A stretch of DNA of 64,000 nt from the human T2T-CHM13v2.0 reference genome, Homo sapiens. The position numbers and the translations under genes are program-made. Shown one piece after another: positions 1 through 15,191 of this stretch. The stretch lies in the NCBI RefSeq assembly GCF_009914755.1, contig NC_060930.1; one strand, written 5' to 3'. A model generated the notes under the pieces. The model was not told where the DNA came from. It was given only the letters and a program-made list of their open reading frames with translations, and did no database searches. Positions within the stretch are counted from its first letter, which is position 1. Each line of letters opens with the position of its first letter.

Positions 1-345
1 CATCGCATGTTATCACTTATTTGTGGGATCTAAAATTCAAAACAATTGAACTCATGGACATAGACTAGAAGGATGGTTACCAGAAGCTGGGAAGGGTAGG
101 GGGAGGGCTTGAAGGAAGGTAGGAATGGTTAATGTGTAGAAAAATATAGTTATAAAGAATGAATAAGACCTAGTATTTGATAGCACAACAGGGTGACTAT
201 AATCAATAACAACTTAACTGTATATTTTAAAATAACTAAAACAGTACAACTGGATTGTTTGTAATTCAAAGGATAAATGTTTGAGGGGATGGATACCCCA
301 TTCTCCATGATATGATTATTTCACATTTCCTGCCTGTATCCAAAC
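1..345 (+). mobile_element. L1MA2-like 3' end fragment
   Basis: L1MA 3'UTR motifs (gatggttaccagaagctggg, tatttgatagcacaacagggtgactat, gatggataccccattctccatga); homologous to 43390-43655. Confidence 0.8.
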
Positions 346-422
346 ATAACCACAAAACTTAAAAAACTCTCAGCACCCCACAGTCACTATGAACAGTTTT
401 ATGGATCACTTCAAAAACATCA

Positions 423-718
423 GCCGGGTGCAGTGGCTCATGCCTGTAATCCCAGCACTGTGGGAGGCCTAGGCAGGTGGGTGGCTTGGGCCCAGGAGTT
501 TGAGAACAGCCTGGGCAACATGGCAAAACCCCATCTCTACAAAAAATACAAAAATTAGCCAGGTGCGGTGGTGCATGCCTGTGGTTTCAGCTACTTAGGA
601 GGCTGAGGTGAGAGGATCACTTCAGCCCAGGAGGCAGAGCTTGCAGTTAGCTGTGCCATTGCACTCAAGCCTGGACAACAGAGCAAGACCTGTCTCAAAA
701 AAAAAAAAAAAAAAAAAA
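423..718 (+). mobile_element. Alu (AluJ-like)
   Basis: gccgggtgcagtggctcatgcctgtaatcccagcact... dimer with poly(A) tail. Confidence 0.92.
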
Positions 719-907
719 GGACAAACAAAAAACCTTCTGTGTATATTTAAGTACACATAAGTACATATTTCCTTTCCACAAATGATAGTATAGTAGTCAC
801 ACTATTCTGAACCTTGCTTCTTTGAGTCTTTTTTGCAACAGCAGAACAATTATCTATTGCATTTAAGTATATTTAGACAAAAACATCCTTAGAATATTCT
901 GGAATAG

Positions 908-1192
908 CTTACACCTATAATCTCAGCCTTTTAGGAGATCAAGGCAAGAGGATTGCTTGAGGCTAAAAGTGCAAGGTCAACCTGAGCAACATAGGGACAC
1001 CTAATCTCTACAAAGTTTTTAAAAAATAGTCTGGTGTGGTGACATGTAGCTCTAGTCCTAGCTGCTTAGGAGGATGGGGCAGGAAGAATACCATGAGCAC
1101 AGGAGCTTTAGATTACAGTGAGTTACGATCACACCACTGAACTCCAACCTATGTGACAGAGTGAGAAACTGTCTCTTAAGAAAGAAAAGAGA
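908..1192 (+). mobile_element. Old 5'-clipped Alu (AluJ-like)
   Basis: Diverged Alu dimer with perfect 17-bp TSD agaatattctggaatag at 891-907 and 1193-1209. Confidence 0.85.
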
Positions 1193-2174
1193 AGAATATT
1201 CTGGAATAGTTGTGTAAAAGGACAGTAACCTTCCATGTTTTTTTAAAGGATTAAAAATTATGATCACCTTAATGTGTATTTTTATTTTAAAAAATGACGA
1301 AGAATGTAATTTTGCTCCGAAGTCATAATAGATCGGCGATAATTAGTTTTGTGATAATAGTTTTGAAATAATTGGCTTCAAAGAGTTTTTTTAATTATAA
1401 TAGTGTATAAGAAAAGATTCTTCAGTGATATTTTTACACAAAAATTGATTCTCCTGTCATCCAAAAGGCAAAGGTGTTTAAGCCGGTAGACTTCAGTCAA
1501 TAAGCTAAAGGAAGAAACAGTCAAGCATGAGGTTGAGGTAGGAAGTGAAACTTGAATAGCTTGGGAATAAAGACTTGACCACCTGACCTAATGCAATTAG
1601 CTTAGAGAAGACTTAAGCTGAGGCCTAATCAGTAGGTGATAGAAGCAGGGGGTTAGGGATATGGAGAGTTGATTCCTCATGGACCTGATTGTTTAAAAAG
1701 ACTTTTCTAAATCCTCAAAATCTTCCTCAGAAGTCTTTTACCTCTAGTGCTCCTACCCTGTCAGTTACACAAAACCATGGGCTCTGGGATAGGCATCTAC
1801 TATCATGTTTGCTTATATAGTAGACATCTGGTTAACATATGTTGGCCACATGAATGAACAAAAGGAAAATGCTGGTATCTGCATACTTGACAGCAACTTT
1901 AATAAAGTTGAACATTGTCCTCACTGTTAATGTTTAATACAATCTCATGCACTTGATTTTATGGGCCTTCTGGGAGAAATAGGCCTAATATGTTGTTAAC
2001 TCAGATGAATAGCTGCCTAAAGAAGGCTATTAGACTCATAATAAAGAATTTTCAGTGTGGTTTGGAGCTAAGAAACAGAGGTATAATGGGATTTTCCACT
2101 CAATATCTTTATTTTCAACAAATAAAAAATATGTAATTATGATAGCATAGGAGTTTGGAGCAAATGGAACAAAA

Positions 2175-3265
2175 GCATGGGAAAATCTTCAATGCTACAT
2201 ATGTATGTTAATTCTAAGTGATGAACTTGTATATGATTTTATTTAAGTTTGTAAGTTTTACAAAAATCTTTCATTGATACTTTTAGAAGTTTCAAGATGT
2301 TTGCGCAGAAGCAAAAATATGATATCAAAAATTTTTGAATAAGTTAACCAAATAAAGCTTATTCTGTTTTCCATTGGTGATGAGACCTATTTTCACATAT
2401 TAAGTGATGAATATTTCTTCTTCTGCTCTATATGTTTATAGTATATAGTAGTATATAACATCTGATTTTATGGTTGGCATTAGGCTATATGTGTAATAAA
2501 TATTAAGACTACCAACTCAGCAAAAATGGGTAAAATGCTTTTATTTTCCTATCTCTGCATATCACCTCTACTTCTAGTCCTCATTTTACATAATTGAAGG
2601 CATTTTCTCCACTCTCCCTAGAGTTATTTCTAAATTTTGAGAGCCTAAATAATGTCATAAGGTCATGACATTATATATATAATTATATATGTGTGTGCAT
2701 ATATATAATGACATTATATATATAATGTCGTGAGGTTTTGCTGAGATGGAGGGGCGAGTGACAGAGAATCTGTCTTTCTATCATCATCTCTCCACAGGGA
2801 CATATGATGATGTGCATATCAACCAACCTAGGCTGTCACAAGGAAACACAGATTGCTACTGTGTCCCCAGTTTTGAAAACTTATTTTGAACCTCATTCTG
2901 AGAATTGCCTTGTTTGTTCTTTGGTTCTGTGGTATCATCCCCTTCCTGAGACAGGGAAATAATTTGGTCTAACATCTTGGACAAAAGAAGGGCTACAACA
3001 GCATTGGAGAAGAGCAGAAAAAGGAATATTCATCAGTTAATATGTGAAAATAGGTCTCATCACCCATGGAAAACAGAATAAGCTTTATCTGGTTAACCTA
3101 TTCAAAAATTTTTGATATCATATTTTTGCTTCTGCGCAAACATCTTGAAACTTCTAAAAGTATCAATGAAACATTTTTGTAAAAGTTACAAACTTAAATA
3201 AAATCATGTACAAGATCATCACTTAGAATTAACATACATATGTAGTGTTGAAGATTTCCCCATGC
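2175..3265. repeat. 255-bp inverted repeat (arms 2175-2429 and 3011-3265, 581-bp spacer)
   Basis: Manual reverse-complement alignment is ungapped with about 13 mismatches in 255. Confidence 0.95.
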
Positions 3266-4951
3266 ATATGCATGCACATGCAGATACATATTTAATTGGT
3301 TTTTATAAAAATTGAATCATACGGTATGTAATTATTTTGTAACTTGGTTTTTGAAGCTCGTAATGATATCTAATATTTTGGAATTAGCTTGATGAAGAAA
3401 ATTGTAAGATCAGTATGTTACCACATTGTATTCAAGTGCCAAATACAAATTTAATACCAAGTTTTTAGATAGCCAGTACAGAAAATTCAATGATATGCAT
3501 TTTTTTGCCCCCAAAATTAGTTTATTGTTTTTTTCAATTGCTCTTCAGGAAACTGTAGTTAAAATAATCTTAACAAACATCTACTAACATAAACAGGGTA
3601 GACCAGGATAGCACTGTGAAGGAAGGTGTCTACCTTCATTCATTTCACTGACAAAGACTACTCAAATGTTACAATTTATGCAAGAGAAGTTCTCACAACC
3701 TGATTGGTCATCTACTTCATTCTGCTGCCTCCAGCTTGCCTTGCTGCTGGAAGTGTCCAACCCTTCATTTCTCTAAACTTTTGAATTCTTAATTCCCACC
3801 CTAGCCAAGACAAGATCTACAGTGAGAAAGTGGCAATGAAAAGTTTACATAAGCAATGACTATCCCCCTGCATATAACTCTCCCTCAGCAACCACTGAAG
3901 CTCCATGTCAGCTCACTGGGGTCCTCAAAAAGCAGAAGCATTTTATCTCTCCTTTGTAAAAAGAGCCATAATTTTCCTCCATATATATCTTTGACTATGG
4001 ACAAATTTTAGAAGAAAATGAGATAATCATCTTGTCCCTGGGTATTTCTTTCTTGTTATGGCACTAAATGCCTTAGAAATTTCCAAATGGAAGAGTGCTT
4101 GCTTTGGGCTTAGGTAGAACCACTGGTAGTATTCTGCTTCCTACAAGTCCAGGGAATACTCAAAAACTTGGTCCAATATCATATTGGGAAAAGAAAAACA
4201 AAAAGCAGGTAATCCACTGGAGCAAATAGAAAAGGAAATGAAAACGCAACTTAACAGATGCCTTTTCAGTTTTAAATCAGCAACATCTCAATATTTCCAT
4301 TTCCACATGTATATTTGTCATCTATTTTCATAATTATTTTTAATTTTTAATCATAGAAGTTACATTTTAAAATAGATAGTTTTGGTTAAAGGACTACAAT
4401 AATTTCTTGAGGCTTAAAAAAATCAAAATTTTCAAATAAATCCAATTCTGATATTAAAAACCTAATTACTTCCTTAGGCTTAAGGAGGATCAATCTGAAG
4501 TGTTCTTTAAAAAAGAGTTCCTTTTATTTTTATCAGTTTGTTAAAGTAAGAATATGTTACCCTCAAGTTATTTCATGTATTTTAAATTTTTAGGCTACTA
4601 TAAAAAATTACATAAAATATAATAATAAAAAATTATGGTTTATTCATTTGCATACTTAATTAACTTTTACTACATATCTACCATATGTCAAGTGTTGTGC
4701 TAAATGCTATTAGAAACACTAAGAAGAGAAAAATTCCAGACTTCTTTTCAAAAGTTATTTGCTCTTTCAAATCGAAGCAGTGGCCAGTAAATAAAGGCAG
4801 ATATTAGAACTAGGAAGAGCAAAGATGAAAAATATAGAAGAGATTATAAAAAACAACAAAATGGAAATTGAAAATGTATGGGTGTCATAGCAGGAGATGT
4901 TTCCAAGTGGGGTAGTAATTTTGAAACAATCAAAAGGTAACTGATATCTAG

Positions 4952-5351
<400 letters not shown>

Positions 5352-6057
5352 TGAAAGTTTGGACAGTCCCAATTATCTCTGCCTTACACCAAATTGGATC
5401 TCATTTCAAAACAAAAGCCATGAGAAAATAGTTCAGAGTTTAGGACACATAGATAAATTCTTTGAGCACACTGGCTTAAATAGCTCATAGTAATAAGCAT
5501 CAGTAATAAGCATATTAGCAGATTAAGCCTGTGTTTTGTCACATTTGAAGGCAGGGGCCTATCTTGAGTTACTCTCATCCCTAAAAACTCACATTAGAGT
5601 CTGGCACATTATCAGGGCTCAATAGCTGATTAATTGACTGATTAGTTCTTAATAGCTAGAATGCAAATTTTGTGTGAGTAAGGATGGTTGCTTGTTTGTT
5701 TGTTTTCCTGCTTTGTTTATTGACAAATTCTTACTGCCTTGATGACTATCTGGTGCACAGTAGGCACTCAATAAATATTAGCTGAATAAATTTAACTACT
5801 GGTTTGTAAACTTTACTCCTACATTAGGTACTTTTTGCACATCTATAAAATATTGGGAAATAATATTAATGGTCTTGAAATAAACACAAAACACAAATCT
5901 AAATTCATCCAATCAAAATCAGTTTTGAATATTTATATTATCAAATAAGGAGGAGCCATAAATTTTTATAATTTTTTCAGATCATCTTCCCATTTTCTGG
6001 TCACTCATGAATATAAACCTTCTGATGGAAATAATCTAAAATATATTTATTCATTTA

Positions 6058-6376
<319 letters not shown>

Positions 6377-6390
6377 TTATGAAAGTCATT

Positions 6391-6830
6391 TGTACAAAGT
6401 GGGTCATTCTTGTCATAGCCGACTAAAGCAGAGTTGAGAAGTGAGTAGAAACAGCACTCAGGACACAAAACATTGCTGCAAAAATGTAATACTTTGCAAG
6501 CCTGGCAACTGACTGCCTGAAGTAACCTGAACCAGTTTTATCTAATGAGTGCTAAACAATCTGCAGCAGCTCAGACTAATTTTGTCCACCACCTTCACTT
6601 CAGAGCTTCCCAGTTCCTCAAAACCTTACTAGTGCCAATGAAATTTCTCAAAGGCAATACCTAACACATATTTATTTATGAAAATAAAACCTCTAACCTT
6701 TTCTTTGATCTTTGGAGACAGCGCTTTCAGTTCACACCAGAGAATATTTCTCCCTAACTTATAAACAGATATTACCAATAAAACTCTCTTTTCCACTATG
6801 TAGCAATCCTGTTGGTCCTTTGGATGACAA
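6391..6830 (+). mobile_element. Probable ERV1-class solo LTR
   Basis: Starts TG, about 440 bp, AATAAA near the 3' end, 4-bp catt on both sides; family not confidently named. Confidence 0.45.
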
Positions 6831-6850
6831 CATTTACTGAGTACATGCTT

Positions 6851-7368
6851 TGTATGTCTGCTTCTCAGTCAGAGAAGCAGAACCCATTGGAAAGAAACAG
6901 ATGAAAAGGAGATTTATTACAAGGAATTCTCATATGCAATTGTAGGGTCTGGCCAAGCAAACTGAAAGTCCACAGGGCAGGCTGTCAGGAAAGGAAGTAG
7001 AGCAGGCTGGAGATGCGTAGGCACTCGCTGAAACTTGTAGTCTCTGAACTCAAAGAGGACCTGTGTCCCACTATAGAGAGCTTCTTACTAAATAGGAATA
7101 TCCAGTAGTTTCCATTTTAATTAAGTTAAAGTCAACTAGATTAGAGAATTTAATAACATCTGAAAAATCCCTTCGCAGCAACACCTAAATTAGTGTTTGT
7201 TTGAAATACTGAGAGAAGGTATTTTTTACTATAAAATGGCCACTGCCTCCCTTCTGTTCTCCGACACTTACTAGAAAACATCACTTGTAGTCCACTCTAT
7301 GTGGAAATGCATTAGAAAAGGATCCTGGAAAATATAGTTCAGCCTAGCTAAATTAATAAAACAGAAAT
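6851..7368 (-). mobile_element. MLT2-like (ERV-L) LTR relic
   Basis: gatttattacaaggaatt...gtccacagggcaggctgtcaggaaagg...gcaacacctaaattagtgtttg motifs. Confidence 0.55.
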
Positions 7369-7369
7369 T

Positions 7370-9345
<1,976 letters not shown>

Positions 9346-9734
9346 ACTAATAATAATAGTAAATATTTTTTAAAAAAGTGGTTACTTTGAAAAAACAAAT
9401 TTCTAATTTTTTAAATTGACAAATCATGAGGCCATCTCATGTGAGCAGACAATGAAAACACAATAGTGACCATGACAAGGACTCAGCCTTCAAAAAGCTC
9501 ACAGTTTATTAGAAAAGACTCACATGCATTCAAACAATTACGCATAGAGGCAGTATCAAGCTCTGATTGTGATATCTTAAAGATACTGTAGTGGGAAAGA
9601 GGAAAGTTTAAATTTATTTACATTATAAATTATATCATGGCTTGATCTCTTTCAACATCATCTCCCAAATCTAGCCAACTTGACCTGCTTGCCTATCCCT
9701 AGATGAACCAGGCCATTGTATGCCTCTATGTATT

Positions 9735-10121
9735 ATATACTTATTAGGCTTTGCGGCCCCACCCAAATCTTATCTTGAATTGTAATCCCCCAAATCCCCA
9801 TAATCCCACATGTCAAAGGAGAAACAAGGTGGAGGTAATTGAATCATGGGGATGGCTTCCCCCATGCTGTTCTCATAAGAGTGAGTGAGTACTCACGAGA
9901 TCTGATGGTTTTATAAGGGACTCTTCCCCCTTCACTTGCTTACTCTTCATCTTCCTGCCATCTTGTGAAGAAGGTACCTTGCTTCCCCTTCACCTTCTGC
10001 CATGATTATAAGTTTCCTGAGGCCTCCCCAGCCATGCTGAACTCCAAGTCAACCCTGTTTCCTTTATAAATTACTCAGTCTTGGGCAGTTTTTTATAGCT
10101 GTATGAAAATGGACTACTACA
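9735..10121 (+). mobile_element. THE1D-like solo LTR (MaLR)
   Basis: ccccacccaaatcttatcttgaattgtaatcccc...ggaggtaattgaatcatgggg...ggactactaca. Confidence 0.85.
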
Positions 10122-11319
10122 GGCTGCCATAGAAAAGACAGGTAGGAATTGGATGTTAAGGCAAAAAAAGAGATTAACACATTTGTCCAAACAGAGTAGT
10201 AGAAAGGTTTTTATAATCACAGAATCTTATAGTTTGAACAACCATCACAATCATTTCTATCAATCGCTCATTTTACCAACACAGAAATTAAGAAACAGAG
10301 AAATGAATCATCTTCTCTATGATTACTTAACTAGCCTAACTAATTATCAGTAAAGAGAAGGGAACAAGAAAGTCAAGTATGCTAGGATGCTATGATAAAG
10401 TGTTGTGATATTGTATAACACGTGTAACTCTACATAAAATTTTCCACAACTTACTAAAGCATACCACTTTTATTTTAACTTGATATATCTTTGCTTTGTA
10501 AGTTTTGATTGAAGCTGTGCCTCGTACAAGGGAATTTTATCATTCATTGGCATTATTGAAGCATTATTTGGTAGTATTAAAGCATTCAGCCCAATAATTT
10601 TTATATAGGTTCTCCTTCATCAGATAAGAGGTATATTGGGGAAAAATCAAATAACTCTGCATCCAAGAAAAAAATAAATATAAAAAATATGTAAACTCAA
10701 ATTTAATTTCTTTAAAATAATATCTTTAATAAAATTGATATAAAATTTTGATAAAACTAAGACAATGTCTATTGCAAAGAAGCTGAGAGTATGTGTATTT
10801 CTATAAGAAAACAAGCTACTATAAAAATTCTTGGCTTGTCTATAATTGGAAGGATTAAATATAAAATGTTTATTTTCAGTATGGCAGCAATAGAATGAAA
10901 CACACTTTCAACGAAAATAGTACTAAGTTTGCAGAACATAAACATAGTATTCCACTTTGCAAACTAATTTTCTTTTCTTCTCTTTTGTATTGTCTAAGAC
11001 CATGTATTTATTACCAGAATTTATTACACCCTTTTTGACAAAAGGTATGGTTCCGTTGGTCTTTTGCAAGAGGTCACTCACTACAACATGATTTAACTTT
11101 CTGTACTATAAATGAATGAGAAATTGCTATCAAAATAAAAAAATGTAACTATGGAAGCATAAAAAGAAAAATTTACATGAGAGAAAAAAATGTCTAAAGT
11201 TGTATGCTCGTGTAATATTGACTCCCAATGTTGAACAAATACCTTGGCAGTTATAAGCCCGATTTGATCCATAATTGCAATAGGATATTTTAATATATCT
11301 TCTCAGTAAACGAGACAAT

Positions 11320-11520
11320 AACATTTGTTACTACATAACAAATATACTATATATATAATATACATACGATATAAATATATAGTATATTTGTTATATATAA
11401 ATAACAGTTATATAGTATATGACTGTTACATAGTATATTTGTTATATATAAATGTTATATATAAATAACAAATATAGTATATAACAGTCATATACTATAT
11501 AACTGTTTGAAAACAGTTAA
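11320..11520. repeat. AT-rich nested palindrome cluster
   Basis: Perfect 20-bp stem 11335-11354/11375-11394 and 26-bp stem 11403-11428/11482-11507. Confidence 0.85.
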
Positions 11521-11556
11521 TAAACAATATTTAGGATACATGTAAAGAAAATTTGA

Positions 11557-11877
<321 letters not shown>

Positions 11878-12425
11878 TAATCACATGCAATCAAACTGTC
11901 GAAAACAAATGGAGGCAGTACATTCAGCTGTAATGGGAAACACTTGTAATCTGTAATCTTCCTGATATGAGGAAGGTGCTTATTCTCACATGAAAGGACA
12001 GGATGAGATCAGGAACTACACAATGTGGCAGAGCAAAAAGCTCCCATCTAGTTGGTTTTGATAGAATCATTTTAGCTTAGACTCATTTTCTAATGTCAAT
12101 TATAATGCTTGTATTATACCATCTCACTCCTGGTTGCCAAAAGCAATAAAATGCTTGTTTAATCTGGCTTAAATGCTGCACTTAGTCTTTTACTTAAAAA
12201 TCTAGAGGTTGGAGGATCCAGTGATACTCAACTATTCAATAATATTGTGGTCCTGGTGTCACATATCTGAGGTTCTCTTGGCCTTCTCCTTATGGTGATG
12301 GCTCCAACCATCAAGTCCTAAGACATTTGAAAGCAATAAGAAAGAGGTGAAGTAGAACATAATTTTTTCACTTGAGTAACTCTTTCAAACAGAAAAGAAA
12401 AAATATCTTCCCAGAGGCATCCTCC

Positions 12426-12938
12426 TGTGGTGGATGGTAAAAATGGCCACAGTTCACTGCAGTTCCTTCTATCAAGAGATGGACCCTATTTCCCCGATCC
12501 AAAAATTTGTGCTATCTGTGGTTTGCTTTGGTCAATGTAATGCACATATGTGATGCTGTTAGAGTTTCAAGGCTGGATCTCAAGAAACTTGCACATTTCA
12601 ACTCCTGGTTTATTAAATATTACAATTGTCATGTGAAAATGCCTGCCCTAGTCTGCTGGATGGTGAGAGACATGGGGCCTAATTATTCATTTTGCCCTGG
12701 TTGACAGATTGCCAAACACTAGACATGTGAATGTGGTCATGCTAGATCATACAACCACCCGCCCACCTGCCATGTGAACACAGAATCATGAGCAAGCCCA
12801 GGCCATATCAGTGGAGCCAATCTTCACCAGAAGAAACACCCAGTCAAATCATAAAACCATGAGTTAAATAAATGTTTAGTTTTTTAAAGCCACTACATTT
12901 AAGAGAGGTCTGTTACGCAGCAAGAGTTACCTAATACA
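12426..12938 (+). mobile_element. MLT1G-like solo LTR
   Basis: tgtggtggatggtaaaaatggccac...aagccactacatttaagagaggtctgttacgcagcaa...taataca; TG...CA ends. Confidence 0.7.
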
Positions 12939-15191
12939 TCTCCCATCAGCCTTATCCTTAAATCTATTTGGTCAGAAATCAAGTTGCATCTCCACACCTA
13001 GACCAAGCATGGAAAAAAGGAAATTATAATGACTGAAATAGACACACAATGCTTTATCCCCTGGCACTGGACACACTGCCACCCAAATAAGAGAGAGTTT
13101 CCATAGCAAGGAAGTAAAAGGATTGGCTTTGGCTAAGCAAACAACAGTATCATCCACTGACATACTGAGGTCTTCAGAAAAAATGAAAGAGGGAAAATGT
13201 TAGAAGTGATTAAGAAGTCAGGAATTTAACTTTGACATAGTATCAGATACGAGCCTAAATATAGAATAAGCAGCTTCAACATGTGCCATAATTTAGATTC
13301 TAGAGATATTTAATTATTGGAATTTATCTTAACCTCTAAAAGCAGTTACTCTTTGCTATTTCTAGATGATCAGATTTAATTTGAATTCAATTTCTTCCAA
13401 GGGCTGAGATTAAGATGTCTATTTAGATATGAGTAGCCATAGACATATTTTTTGAAGAAAAGATTTAGCTATATACATCCATACACACAAATCATTTTCC
13501 TGTAGTACTTCTCTTGAAATTCAATTTCTTATTTAGCATACTTCATTTACTTGAAAATTCAATAGCCTATTTAACATACTTCATTTTTTCCTCTTAATCT
13601 TCACAGTGTTCAATAAATATGGTCAATAAATTTTTTATGATAAAATACAGTCATCATGATGATAAAATTTGTTAGCTTTATCCTGACTCTATATGTAGCT
13701 TTATTTGTATTATTTAGTTTTCCACATACTACATCCTATCTTTGTAAGAGAAGTCCCTAAAGTATGGGTGGTGCATAATTCCAAGACACAGTATTGAAAA
13801 TAGCCTAATATAATAATTTAAAGTGACATCTCTTTCCCAAATTTCCCTTTTAAATGTACATACTTTATCTGCTTAATTCTTATTAAGTGCCAGCTGTACT
13901 GTATATTAGCAAAATTGGTAGAAAGTACATTTTTAAAGAAAGAATACACTAAATGTAGAAGGCCAAAGATTTGTAGAAGGCCAAAGATTCCTTCACAACT
14001 GCAGTTTGAAGGAATAAAAGAAATTACCTTCATTTTATAGCATTAAAAATGAAATGAGACTGCTACTGTATTTTGAGAACAAAATAAATGTACTGCCAAA
14101 TACTCTTTTATCTTATTTTAAAACATCAGAATTGTGCATATTTTTAGAAAACACAAAATGTTGAGCATCTATGAACATCAGAAGAAAATGATGATATAGA
14201 TTATGTTGAATGTTAGTTTTAAACTATAGATGGCTGCAAGTTGATTATCCAAATCAAATACAGCATGGCCTTCCTGGATGGACATCAGTTCTCATTAATG
14301 CTCATATATTAAGAAATTTTTGGAGTGGAGTCTAGGAGTAAAATTTATTCTGTTATAATTAGTTGCACCTGAAATGCTCTTCAATTAGCTAGTGTAAATT
14401 AATCAAGGTCTTATATCCAGGATACTGAAGTATTCAGAGTAATAAATGGCCTCTGCATTTGATTAAATGCAAAATGAAGCTGATGTGTTTAATCAACCAC
14501 AAGTGCCTTTTTACAGCAAATAAGTACTCTCTAACACATGGGCCATTATAACTTCCCTTCTAGCAAGAGAAAACTTTCAGTGTGTTCATCTGGCTGATAA
14601 TGAAAATACCATCCCACTGTAAAGGAGTTGCTTCTGCCTTTTGCTGCTTACAGTAGGATCCACACAAGACTATCTAAATTATTATTTTGCTAAATTGAGC
14701 AAAATATACAACTGCTTTTTCTATAAAATTACAGATATTTTTACTCTTAGATTGGTGAAGTGAAGCTTAGTAGAATAACAATCCGTAAGTAGTAAAATGT
14801 TATCTAAACCAACAAAGATAATTAAATCAAGCAAATGATCTGAGGTGGTTAAACATCAAAAAAGTACAAAAGCAATGCATAAAGTGATGAATTGTCCTTC
14901 TCTTTTTCAGGAGAGGAAGATTAATGTTGTCACAGGCTATAGTGTTCTATTTTTCCACTCCTTCTCACTATTTATTAAAAATCTAGGACTGTTCTGAGAC
15001 CACGTTCTCTTCACTCTTGATTGTCTCTGTTTGACCTGGGACACAGCTAGTAAAACCAACCCAACATCACTCAAGTTCATGTTTGCTCATTGACTCTGGC
15101 TGTCAACATTAGAAAATCCTCTTCCTCAAATGTGATTTTCCTCTCTGCAGATTCTTTATTCCTTATAGAGAACATAGAAAATTTCAAAACA

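Noticed and set aside
2175-3265. DNA transposon with long TIRs
   Set aside because: No TSD at the outer ends, no recognisable terminal motif, no transposase in the spacer
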